A DNA stretch of 63,882 nucleotides, counting the filler, from Octopus bimaculoides (taxonomy: Eukaryota), in the NCBI RefSeq assembly GCF_001194135.2. It is 6 parts of 5 records of this genome, joined end to end, with 100 filler letters (N's around TTAATTAATTAA, not from the genome) between each part and the next. Parts side by side here need not be neighbours in the genome. Positions count along the whole stretch, not along the records: positions 23,575 to 29,885 come from NC_068983.1; positions 29,986 to 39,574 come from NC_068983.1; positions 39,675 to 59,806 come from NC_068986.1; 3 more parts are not named here. One strand, given 5' to 3'. Made by a program: the position numbers and the translations under genes. Each line of letters starts with the position of its first letter. Position 1 is the first letter of the stretch. Positions 29,821-42,109 of the stretch are shown piece by piece. The notes beneath the pieces were generated by a model, which was not told where the DNA came from, ran no database searches, and saw nothing but the letters and a program-made list of their open reading frames with translations.

Positions 29821-32800
29821 GCCTTTCGTTGTTTATAATCTATACCTGTTTTTTGGTTACGAAATAAGCTACACAAACCGTGTTTNNNNNNNNNNNNNNN
29901 NNNNNNNNNNNNNNNNNNNNNNNNNNNNNTTAATTAATTAANNNNNNNNNNNNNNNNNNNNNNNNNNNNNNNNNNNNNNNNNNNNTATATATATATATAT
30001 ATATATGTAGTGTGTGTGTGTGTGTGTGTCGGTAGCTAATAGAAAGGATATTACCAATGTTTTTGTATGTATTCTCTCGACTGTGCTCTATTCTTCAACT
30101 AATTATATCATTAATTGTTTTACACGTTCACTCTTCTATTCAAGGGATTTAAATTTAATTGACTGCCGCAACCTGCGAGCACTGACGCGTCAAGTATTAT
30201 ACGAAATAAATAGATATTTTAAAAGTTTGGTACCTATTGTTTCATTCAACAATTTTTGAATCGGTATTTTAGAGGGAATAAAGAAGCTGTTTTTAAGTGA
30301 ATTCAACAAGGACACATTCCAAGTCAGTATACTTAATGGAGTTCAAATTTTTGATCATTGATAATAGGAAAGATTAATTACTACTATGATGGGACTCTAT
30401 GTCGTTTAAAGTAAATAAATTATACGTGGTGCATGTGTGTACATTTATGCAACAATATATGAATGCTTCTCTTGAGATGTATCTGTTTTTCCAATAAAAT
30501 ATGTCCATTCATTTCGTTGAAATATTTATCAGCTGAGACGTTTCCAACACATTAATTGGATGTAAGATCAAGTCTTCGTGAAATATATAAAAAGAAAGAA
30601 TAAATCGAAATTAAGGTTATCTAACTGCTTCTAAATGTCTAGCATATCCAGATATTTCTGCGACCTTTAGGGAATCCATGCATGTGATATGCTTAAGTAA
30701 ATACCCAACCAAAATGCTTAAATATCTACCTATCTGTATGAATGTATGCATTTAATATAAATTAGCGTGTGCATGCATGTATGAATATGCATATATGTAA
30801 ATGTGAATATATATATGTGTACTTATATAATATCTATATATATGTCTATCTATCCATCTATTTATATACATATAAATAAATAAACTTANNNNNNNNNNNN
30901 NNNNNNNNNNNNNNNNNNNNNNNNNNNNNNNNNNNNNNNNNNNNNNNNNNNNNNNNNNNNNNNNNNNNNNNNNNNNNNNNNNNNNNNNNNNNNNNNNNNN
31001 NNNNNNNNNNNNNNNNNNNNNNNNNNNNNNNNNNNNNNNNNNNNNNNNNNNNNNNNNNNNNNNNNNNNNNNNNNNNNNNNNNNNNNNNNNNNNNNNNNNN
31101 NNNNNNNNNNNNNNNNNNNNNNNNNNNNNNNNNNNNNNNNNNNNNNNNNNNNNNNNNNNNNNNNNNNNNNNNNNNNNNNNNNNNNNNNNNNNNNNNNNNN
31201 NNNNNNNNNNNNNNNNNNNNNNNNNNNNNNNNNNNNNNNNNNNNNNNNNNNNNNNNNNNNNNNNNNNNNNNNNNNNNNNNNNNNNNNNNNNNNNNNNNNN
31301 NNNNNNNNNNNNNNNNNNNNNNNNNNNNNNNNNNNNNNNNNNNNNNNNNNNNNNNNNNNNNNNNNNNNNNNNNNNNNNNNNNNNNNNNNNNNNNNNNNNN
31401 NNNNNNNNNNNNNNNNNNNNNNNNNNNNNNNNNNNNNNNNNNNNNNNNNNNNNNNNNNNNNNNNNNNNNNNNNNNNNNNNNNNNNNNNNNNNNNNNNNNN
31501 NNNNNNNNNNNNNNNNNNNNNNNNNNNNNNNNNNNNNNNNNNNNNNNNNNNNNNNNNNNNNNNNNNNNNNNNNNNNNNNNNNNNNNNNNNNNNNNNNNNN
31601 NNNNNNNNNNNNNNNNNNNNNNNNNNNNNNNNNNNNNNNNNNNNNNNNNNNNNNNNNNNNNNNNNNNNNNNNNNNNNNNNNNNNNNNNNNNNNNNNNNNN
31701 NNNNNNNNNNNNNNNNNNNNNNNNNNNNNNNNNNNNNNNNNNNNNNNNNNNNNNNNNNNNNNNNNNNNNNNNNNNNNNNNNNNNNNNNNNNNNNNNNNNN
31801 NNNNNNNNNNNNNNNNNNNNNNNNNNNNNNNNNNNNNNNNNNNNNNNNNNNNNNNNNNNNNNNNNNNNNNNNNNNNNNNNNNATATATATATATATATAT
31901 ATACCACATACAGACACTTCAGACATACAAGCACATATATATTTATATTTACAAGGATCCATTTAATCTTTCAATGAATATGGACATGCAGGTATGTTCA
32001 ATATGATGTATTTTTAATAGAATGCTATTATGTATGCACGCACATATGCTGCAAGAGAAGCATTCATATATTGTTGCATAAATGTACACACAAATATAAA
32101 ATGACGCAATATATACCTTCATATTCATATACATATCTGTATATATACCCACAAATATATGTATATACGTGTATAATTATTCCAAACAGAGACATAAAGC
32201 ATTTTACCTGTTCTCCAATAGAAATGAGATTGCTAAGATGAGATCAAAGTTGGTTTACCAATGAAACTTATATTTAGTTATATTTTCTTACTCATTTTTT
32301 TTTCCTCAATGGCTTAGAATATTGAATGAATGGGCGAACATCATGCAGTGATAACAAATGAATTCATCAGCATTTCTTTTGACATTCTTTTACAAAAAAA
32401 TTTTATTCATTGGCATTAGATCAAAAGGCTTCCATAACTTATTGTTATGGAAATATATATTTTCTCCCACATATATAGTTTCACATAAAATGTCAACTTT
32501 TATCTTTCAGCCTTTCAAGAGTCTTTTTTATATATAGAAAATACCTCCAATACAGGACACTGTGCTGACATGACAAAGCAGTAATTGCTAATCTTTGATA
32601 TGGGGCTAAAACTGTGATATGCATTCAAATTCGAATATGCTTTAGTAACAGTGCTGCTAGAAATACTCTTGTTTGTGGTCATGAAATCGAACTTTATCTG
32701 TTGTCTTACACTTTGAATCATAAATAATATGCATTAAAATTATCTTAAATAAACACAACACAAATATATTGCACTGGAATCTGAGAAAAAGTAGTGTTAT

Positions 32801-34998
32801 ATTTACGTACTTTAAACAGTTAGTTTAATGAATTCTCATGAACATAATCACTATAAGTTGGAGCAAAGGATTCCTGTTGCAAGAATGATCATATTTGCCT
32901 TTGGCGGACTCAGTAAGAAACCTTCTTTTGTCTTTGGTTGATGCAGTTCTAAATCATATGTATAGAGCTGGGGGCGAAAAGTTTTCTCAATAAATCTTCA
33001 TTTACAATATCGCTACACATCATCGCGTATCATTTATATGAAGAGACGAAAATACCTCCATCAGTATTAAAGTGGAGTAGGTGAGAGGATAAAATCGAAC
33101 TTGTCATATTTAGACCAGGATGAAATATCAACAATTTTCCCACAAAATATATTGTGTTGCTCCATATTTTCGTCCATTGTCCTGCAGTCTTCGAACAACT
33201 GTATAGGCTAATTATTTATAAACTTTTTCTGTTATACCAGACCTGATATCATAAAACAAATGCACAATAACTGCCACTACAGCAAAAGAGCGTTTGTCTT
33301 CGTGCCACTTGCTTAGGTACAAATAGGAAGCAATGTCACCATAGCTATTATCTTACAATCTGATATTTATCTGATGTTAAGAATACCGCTGAAATGCAAA
33401 AAGATGCTAATAAGCGGTCTTATAGAATAACGTTGACCATATGCATGCACAAACCATAGCGACCTGTTGTTAGGCATCTAAGTGATAAATTTAAAATATA
33501 TTCTCATATTGCTAAATATAAAACTTACTGGCTTTTCAGCAAGTATGAGTAAAATACAAATTTATTTATGCTCTCAGTGAAGTTGTGAAAAGTCTGCAAG
33601 TGCGGCCAATACATAATACATATTATTCAAATATCATCTTCCAGTAATTAAAAAACTCGAGTAAAATGTATTGCCTAATATTCGTGCAAAGCAACTACAC
33701 CTGTAGTCTTAACTAGCAATGATACTTCCAAAAATATTGGCTGTCTCATACGCACGTTAAGTAATACAATAACGTTTTCATGTTTGATAAGATATTTCCG
33801 TTACCAGAATTAGTGAAATTCAGGGTTGAATGCGACCTCAATGTAAAGGCACTTCAGAAATACGGCATTCTATAGTGAACGATCTGTTAAGTTTGCAAAT
33901 ATTGATTCATATTTCAATATATTTTGGAAAATGTTAAATTATGTAATAATTTGGAAGAATATTTTTCCCTGCCCACGTTACTTACTACAGCTGTCAGGTT
34001 GCAGCTGTTCAAGAAGAACATTAACTTAGTCGATCTCACTGGTCTCACAGGGCGATCAAAGCCTTGGACACCGCCCTATCCTCCAGACTAAACGATTAAA
34101 AAATAAATATAAACAGAACTAATATAAACGTCAGAAAGGCTGCGAAGAAGAAATACAATAAGGCGATTTTGTTAAAATTTGAGCTAACATCAAGGTAATT
34201 GCAGACATGAGGAATTACTTCTACCACTGTCGAACAGCGTGCTATAGGTCAATAAATGTGACGGCGTAAGGTCGTCTCGATATAATAATCACTTAATCTG
34301 TTTAGACAGATCAAAGAATGTTGCCTTCTTTAAAGTAACAATTTTATTAGCTTAATTGATAGATCTTTTTTCAGAAAATTAATTAAAATTTTAATTCCGT
34401 TCATCTCAAAAATAATCATATAACACATTTCACTGTCATTATTAAAATATGTTTTTAATATATTGGCAGAATATTTTATGTTGCTTGATTCACCGAACAA
34501 TTATAATATTCGTTCAAATAATCGACAATGCAAAAGCTCGATATCGTTTTATTCCGTCGTCTACTAGTCTACAGTATACAACCGGCAGAACAACATGTGT
34601 GCAGAATTTTATTATTCTCTGAGAATCAAGTAAAATATTAGCTGATCGATTAGTGGTGATCACACGGAAATATTAACAGAGGAGCTCATTAAAACATTCC
34701 TAACTGCTAAACGATGCGGTAATATTTAAAGATATTTTATATTTTTAGAAACTTAACGAAATTAAGTGGGGCGATTATAACATTACTTTACAAGACATAA
34801 ACTAGTTATTTAGAACGCAAAAACGGATTGCGTTTTTTAATAGTAACTGTAAAGGTGTCGGGTGTAATTTGTTAGCTGGGTGTTAAGAGACATGTTTCGT
34901 GGATATTAGTCTCTGTGTCTATGCTTGAAATATATACATAGCTTGAAGCAATTATACACATTTCCGATTAGTTATTCTATCTCTGAACTACGCGTACA

Positions 34999-35033
<35 letters not shown>

Positions 35034-35190
35034 NNNNNNNNNNNNNNNNNNNNNNNNNNNNNNNNNNNNNNNNNNNNNNNNNNNNNNNNNNNNNNNNNNN
35101 NNNNNNNNNNNNNNNNNNNNNNNNNNNNNNNNNNNNNNNNNNNNNNNNNNNNNNNNNNNNNGTGTGTGTGTGTGTGTGTGTCCGTATATA

Positions 35191-35770
35191 TAGGGGTTGG
35201 ACAAAGTAATGGAAACGCCTAAAATCATAGCATCATACTTTTGAAATATCATCAGAAAAATGTAATTAAAAGTCATTAAAATGATAGATCTATCGGACTT
35301 TCAAAGAGATCAAATTGTTGGTGCACGTATGGCAGGCTCTAGCGTAACGGAAACAGCCGAAATATTTAGTGTATCAAGAAGTACTGTCTTGAAAGTAATG
35401 ACAGCCTTTGAGAAGGATGGAAAACCTCCTCGTCGAAACAAAGCTGCGGAAGAAAACCAAAAGTTCCAGATTGGGACCGTCGGACACTAACGCGAATTGT
35501 TAGAAAGGTTCACAAAAATTACAGCTCCCAAAATTACTGCAGAACTTAATGACCACCTCTGGAACCCAGTTTCCTCAAAACCTGTTCGCCGGGAGCTGCA
35601 TAAAGCCGGATCTCATGTAAAGGCTGCGAAACAGATGTTGCAAAGTGTTTCGAATGAATTACAAACCTACAGAATTGGTCTCTAGAGCAGTGCAAGAATA
35701 TTGTTTTCTCGGACAAGTCATCCTTTACCTTATTTCCGACCACCGGCCGAGTATACATGTGGAGACAGCC
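35191..35770 (+). mobile_element. Tc1 transposon 5' half (left TIR plus degenerate transposase)
   Basis: TA-TAGGGGTTGGACAAAGTAATGGAAAC TIR-like start; DLSDFQRDQIVGARMAG...VSRSTV HTH; degenerate (N)IVFSD(K)SSF motif. Confidence 0.85.
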
Positions 35771-36595
35771 AACCAACCAGTTGAGAAAGTAGCAGAGGAA
35801 GCTTGGATTTGGTCATTCAACCATTCAGCAACACCTGCGTGCCATCGGAAAAGTCAGCAATTTGGGTTAATATGTTCCGCACAAACTTTTCTATTCTTAT
35901 CGCACGTATTGAGTAAATGTGTGGTCTTCTTTGCTGTCACGTCTCAAGAATGAACCTTTTTTCGACCGAATAGTGACAAAAATTTCAAGCGCCGAAGACA
36001 GTGGGTAGAGAAAGGAGAAACACCAGCGTCCCAGGCCAAAGAAGATCATCACACACGTAAGGTGTTGTTTATCCATTTGGTGGCATATGACAGGTTTAGT
36101 CCACTGTTAATTTTTAAGCACAAACAGATTTATTGCGAGCAGCTTGGGCAGCTTAAGTTGGCACTAATGGAAAAAAAAAATAACCACCATCATTGGTTTC
36201 AAGACGAATGATGTTGATCCATCAGGATAATGCTCTGCCTCATACAGGGAGAATGACATTCTAAAGGGTGGTGCAGTTTCAAAGGATAACGATGCCCTTC
36301 CTACCATATTTGCCGGACATTGCCCCATTTGATTATCATTTAATCTGCAGTCTTCAGAATCACTTCGACGGAAAAGATGTGAACTCTCTAAATGAGGTCA
36401 GAACAGCTGTGGAGTATTTTTCATCACGGAAAAGGAATTTTGGAATAGGGGCCTTACAAGTCCATCAGATAGATGCAAGAACATTATAGAAAATGAGGTA
36501 GAGCATATTTTAGGTTAAGCAAGAATGTTGTTCATCTTAATTTTGAAAAATAAAAGGAGTATAAAAATCTGCAGTAGTTATGGGGTATCTCAATA
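35771..36595 (+). mobile_element. Mariner transposon 3' portion (degenerate)
   Basis: LGFGHSTIQQHLRAIGKV, RKVLLSIWW, HQDNALPH and PYLPDIAPFDYHL (the YSPDLAPSDY motif); TIR-like end TTATGGGGTATCTCAATA. Confidence 0.8.
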
Positions 36596-36867
36596 AATAA
36601 TGTAACAGATTGTCTTTTATGAGTCTGCGAATAGAAAGATGACAGATGGAAAGGTAAATAATATGGATGAGGGAAGGGAAAAGCGAACCCGGTTTTGGAA
36701 GTAAAGACAAATTCCAGAGGGTGAGAGATGCTTGATTGAACAAGGAAGCGGTCAAATAAATGAAGCGATGTTAATGAGAGATATGGGAATGGTAACAAGT
36801 CACATGGGAGGAAATTGTGGAAATGGTAGAGAATAAAGAGACAAAAAGTAGACGGTGGAAACTGACC

Positions 36868-36904
36868 GAAGAAGAAGAAGAAGAAGAAGAAGAAGAAGAA
36901 GAAG

Positions 36905-36933
<29 letters not shown>
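36868..36933. repeat. (GAA)n microsatellite
   Basis: Direct reading. Confidence 0.95.
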
Positions 36934-36937
<4 letters not shown>

Positions 36938-36974
36938 TACATATACCAACACCACGGAAACTTAAACTAAGGTA

Positions 36975-37315
36975 CATTATAGCTGAACCATCTTGTGAAA
37001 CGCACCGACTGATTTACTTCACTCTTGAAACCACTTCTAAAATGCATTGAAACGGAAAAACGCTTATGTTCTCATTTGATGCTGTATAACTTGATAATAA
37101 TATGTCCCATAATTATGGACTAGAGGCAACTCAATTCTGACTGGAAAAATATCGAGAAGAAATACAGGAACGTATTAGCACAGAGTTCATAATTGAACAA
37201 ATGAAGTTTATTTTTCTGCAAAATCACGTCAGATTTGACACCACTGTATACCGACAAACATTTGGAGTTGCGATGGGAACTAAGGCAGGCCCCGTATTTA
37301 TAAACCTGACATTTT
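36975..37315 (+). mobile_element. Penelope-like RT fragment
   Basis: My translation FSFDAV*LDNNMSHNYGLEA...LQNHVRFDTTVYRQTFGVAMGTKAGPVFINL contains the SFDV.SLY.NI and Q..G.AMG motifs. Confidence 0.75.
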
Positions 37316-37419
37316 ATAAACCTGTTATGATTTTATCCTTATGATTTTATTTATAAATCTGTTATGATTCCTGGTGGAATTTACGTTCACACACGATTTT
37401 GTACAATAAACCGGGCTTA

Positions 37420-38270
37420 CGTCTATTTCGCCTGTATTGCAAAGTACAGCGTGTAGATACACCAATGTTAGTTTTCTTGGAGTTGGAAATAGAGGTCAAT
37501 AGTTCTCTTATATGTATTCCTTCTAAAGGCTATAATGGACGTATGAGCATATATCTGTTTGAAAGAGGGATATTTTTCGGGCAATATTGTGGTAACTTTC
37601 ATGCAATACTTTTGAAATGCTAGCGAAATTTCGGTGCCAGTTAATCACCAAAGGGATTCTGTCACATTTTATATTATGTTTGCTAAAATTATGCGTGAAG
37701 GTTTGACATGCTTTGCTGATCTCATTTGCTATTTCCTTGAATCCTGATTCACTGTAACTGCGTTTGACATAATGATGTACGAAAGCATTTGCATGTTTTC
37801 AGTAATCCCGTATGTCAGTAGAAATCCGTTTTATCATGGAAAATTGGGATTTCGGATTTGACCGAATTATATGATGTGGAAGGTTGGAGCGGCGGTAGAG
37901 ATAAATGTGAGATGACGTGGGCTTGCAAAATAACTCTGTCACTTTCCTGCCTCTAGGGAAATTAACCTCCGTGACCAAAAAAGCAACGCCTGTATATAAA
38001 ACACTTGACCTAAATTTTATGTTGGACTTAAAACCATTGATTTTAGCATAACAGTCACAAAGATCCAAGATGTCAATTGAAATACCACGTGAGCCTTTCC
38101 AAACAACAAAAATACGTCATCAATGAACTGTAAACAGGACATTGGTTCATAACCATGTAGATATTTCAATGTCTGCAGTAACTATGTCGCGAATTTCGCC
38201 ATGAAGTCATTTGCGAAATTAACTGTCATGGTGGTACCCATGGCGGAACCAATAAAATATATATTGCAAT
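37420..38270 (-). mobile_element. Penelope-like RT/thumb fragment
   Basis: GSAMGTTMTVNFAN, QFIDDVF, NIKF...VAFL...TELFCKPTSSHIYL...SNLPHHIIRSNPKSQF, IIAFRR. Confidence 0.8.
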
Positions 38271-40068
38271 CGAATCACGCTCTTCGTCTTGTCTGCATAT
38301 ATTTACGTCAATACTTTTAAGATATCTTGGTTCTAGTGTTTTGTATGAGGCTAGTTGTATTCATTTGTCTCTGCTATTTTTGTATATTTTTGTTTTTAAT
38401 CTGAGTGGTTCCTTTCTTCATTTCAGCATGTGGGTGAACTGGTGTGAGAGTGTGTTTGCGTGAGTGTCTATAAGTATGTGCTTAAGTGTGGGAACGGGAG
38501 AGATGACTTGAGAAATATCTTGGGTGATTCTTTGGATTGCTTCGCTTGTTGCTGTTTGAGGTGATGATGATGCTTAGATTTGCTGGGTCTAATGTTGGTT
38601 CGGTAGCTCACCTACCTGGCGCTGTTCTTGGTTTTGCAACTACTCGTGACCTTGTTCGTGTTGTTGTTGGGATTCTAGGTGACGGTATTTTTTCTGCTCT
38701 AGCTGTCACTCTAATTGATGCTGCTATTGCTGCTGTTGTAGTTGTTGTTGCTGGCGTGGAGGATGTATTGTAGTCAGTAGGTGGGCCTGCTATCTGTTTT
38801 CCGTTAAATTTCGAAGGTGGCGTGTGGCCTCAGAAAGGTTACATTTAGGTTTTCTGCCTCCTACGACAGAACGTATTTCATGCGCATTGCACAGGACTAT
38901 AAGTCCCGTTATCTTTCGCATGTTGTCGGGCTGCACGTGAAGCATGTTCTCTATATCTATGCTGAAACAATTCACTCAGCTGTTTCGTTTATCTTCTAAG
39001 AATTTCACTGGCTCCTCTAATACTAGCCGACTACAACCCACCAGACAGAACAACCGATATACTAAACATGCTACTTCTTTGTGAGAGATATGTCTGATGC
39101 AGGACAAATTCTTCACTCCAACAGCATGGCATTCGTTGCTTTCTATCCACTTTTGAAGAGGACCTTGATACAGAGAAACTGAATCCCATCTTCTGTATGA
39201 GTGATGTCATCCATACTGTCTTTCTGAGCTTTTCTACTTGCCCGATGTTGGCCGGTTCGGCTCAACTGTTCTTTCGTGAGACACATTTGTAATAAAATGA
39301 AATAACAAAAAAGAAAATCGACACAACAGCAGCAAAAACAACAACAATAACAGCAACGGCGATGGCAACAACAACAACAACAGCAACAACAACAACAACA
39401 ACAACAACAACAAAATAATGAAGGAGATGCAGAACAAGTGGAACAAAAGAAAGAAGTAGAAGAAAAAAGAAAAAAGAAGAAGAAGAAGCGAAAACAAAAA
39501 AGGAGAAGAAAAGAAAAAAGAAAGAAAGAAAGAAGAAGAAGAAGAAGAAGAAGAAGAAGAAGAAGAAGAAGAAGNNNNNNNNNNNNNNNNNNNNNNNNNN
39601 NNNNNNNNNNNNNNNNNNTTAATTAATTAANNNNNNNNNNNNNNNNNNNNNNNNNNNNNNNNNNNNNNNNNNNNCAATGTACCGTGATTATTACGATATG
39701 AAGTGTGGGAATTCGTGGGAGAACTTTCAGACATTTATCAAGCACATAGCCGAAATATATCCACAGTGATTTCAGAAAGGTAAAGGTTACAGTTTTTTTT
39801 TCTTTTTGCGTTTAGCTGTTATTTCTAGCATATCAAGTTTCCCTCAGTGTCTAATCCCAATGTGCACCTTTTTTAAAATTTATTTACGTTGTTTAGAAAA
39901 TAAAAATTATTTTGTTCACAAAATTTAATTAAAAGAAAAAAAATGTATGAAGTTAACAAAAACAGATAGTGTGTTATTTTTATTCCTTCTACCTATCTAC
40001 GTTGTTTAGAAAAGAAAAAAGTAATTAAAAAAAAATTATTTACTTTGTTTAAAAGAAATTATTTACTA

Positions 40069-40240
40069 ATTTGCATATGCGCGCACGCGCACATATGTAT
40101 TCATTTGCACGCACGCCCGCGCACACTTTTCGTAGGATCGACCACTCACGACTAGCTAGCGCGGACACGCGACAGCGCGACTGCGCGTTTGGGTCCGCTC
40201 TGCTTGAGTAGTACCGTTGTTTGGCTTGTGGTTAAAGACG
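40069..40240 (+). promoter_or_regulatory. CpG-rich candidate promoter of the zinc-finger gene
   Basis: Local CpG/GC cluster in very AT-rich surroundings; octamer ATTTGCAT at 40069-40076 and repeated GCGCAC/GCGCG; possible donor GAG|GTATGA at 40331. Confidence 0.4.
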
Positions 40241-40530
40241 TTCCAGTCATGGCAATCTTGTCTTTGTCCACAGCATAGTTGAGAAATACAAACTAATAGC
40301 TAACGTTTCCTTATATTTTGTATACTAGAGGTATGATTTAAATATGATTTCGCTATTATTTCTAGCAGTCTCGATAAGTGTGTGACTCTTCGTAAGGGAT
40401 CCGTTAGCTTAGAGAGACCTCCCAAAGTCTGGGGGGTAAAACCCTGTAGTTATGCCAAAATATGTTTATTAACATCGAAAGTTACACGCTTTTTACCATG
40501 TAGAGCACTTTCACTTCTGACAGCTAATAG

Positions 40531-40595
40531 CATGATAGTGCCAATGAGGCACTACATGATAGTGCCAATGAGGCACTACATGATAGTGCCAATGA
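40531..40595. repeat. 24-bp tandem repeat (2.7 copies) with an internal 7-bp hairpin
   Basis: Unit CATGATAGTGCCAATGAGGCACTA; TAGTGCC and GGCACTA are reverse complements. Confidence 0.9.
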
Positions 40596-41889
40596 AATTT
40601 CAGTAAGCTGACTATCTCCATACAACTCACGATTTAGCAACTAATGCTGCTAAGAATGCGAATGAAAATGCAAAACATAGGGAGTGGAACAGGTACAATA
40701 CAGACTATAATTGTTTCATAACTAACTGAAACAATTGTTGCTTGTATTCTACCTGTTCCATTCCATGTTTTTTTTTTTTTTTAGATGGATGCATGCAGAC
40801 AGACATATCAGTAGCATTTTAGGTCTCCGGGCAAATCAACGCAATGTGCCCTATTGTATTTATTTGACAGCAAGCCAAAGCATACATAAATGAGAATTAG
40901 GTACCTAGACCTTTGAGGTCACTGAGTAACTGTCCAGTATGCCCAAACCTTTGGATGGCACTGTATATTTGTATACATTGATGTAAATATATGTGTGTGT
41001 GTGTGTGCGTGTGTGTGTGCGCGTGCGCGTAGAAACTTCTAACACACACACACAAAGGATAAGAACTCAATATAGGCTAACTGCAGAGTTAAGAATTTGA
41101 TTGAGTTAATTGAACAGTTCTTTGCTGAGTGATTTCATCCTAATAGGGAATCTTCAGAATGATTTAACATTTGAAAGTGGGAGGTGTTAGTGTTCAGGGA
41201 TGGTGAGTACATTTCCCTAATGGAGTAAGACATAACAGAAATATTAAATTAAACCTAAATACTTGGCAGTACTTTATTCTATCAACCTCCATTCATAAAA
41301 GACAAGACATGTTATTAGTCTCAGGACACAAAAGGACTTAACTCATTTGCCACAAGGCATTTTGTCTGAAGCTCTAATGATTCTGCCAATTTCTGCAAGG
41401 AATGGCAGCACACTGACTACTGCAGGTTTTCCAAAATTGGTGAGATTAATGTCCAGTTTGAACATCTGCAGGTAAAAATGATGGCTGTAATAGAACCTGC
41501 AATAGAATGAACGCCTATGAAAGTGTTAGATTTACCATGGATTTGGATATATAGTCATGTGTTGGACACTTCAGTATATTTATCTTATTTGTAAGGTTTG
41601 GTTTGTTGGTGTGACACAATACACATTACAGGGGTGAGTAATCTCTAGGTTGCTCTCACACCATTTATTGGTACACTTATCTACAGATTTCATGCACAGT
41701 AAATACGTTTGGAAATAACCTATATTATGTACAACATGGCGACATCTATTATTATAGTGTTAATCTGTGGAAGTTCATAAGTTTCTTGAGTGATGTATCA
41801 ATCGATTTTTAAACTGCTATCCTTGAAAGATACTGTCATGCTATTAATATTTAGTTTTAACATTTCTTTGATTCTTATTGTCAGCTTCA

Positions 41890-41917
41890 TGTTAATGTTG
41901 GTTTTCTTGTATTTCAG
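41890..41917 (+). promoter_or_regulatory. Candidate 3' splice acceptor upstream of the zinc-finger CDS
   Basis: GTTTTCTTGTATTTCAG|G pyrimidine tract plus CAG. Confidence 0.55.
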
Positions 41918-42109
41918 GAAATGTTTCCATCTTGAAAACTGTATTTCTAAATGAAGATGTTATTATTGAACTTAGTTAATTAAAATGAATACTTTGAGAT
42001 TTTAAGAGCATAGAGAACTTATATTGTCAGATTAATATTTTGGGAACTACAAGCTACTATCATATTTGTCATTTTTTTAAATAGTATGATGTGAAAATAT
42101 ACCAGCAAG

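Noticed and set aside
32515-32721. Possible hAT dimerisation-domain remnant (SKISNYCFVMSAQCPVLEVFS)
   Set aside because: Only a vague resemblance; no other transposase motifs or TIRs found nearby
38537-39240. Stop-poor minus-strand frame upstream of the Penelope fragment
   Set aside because: No recognisable motif; could be decayed Penelope N-terminus, but I cannot support a call
40531-40595. CRISPR-like palindromic repeat
   Set aside because: No spacers, under three copies, eukaryotic context
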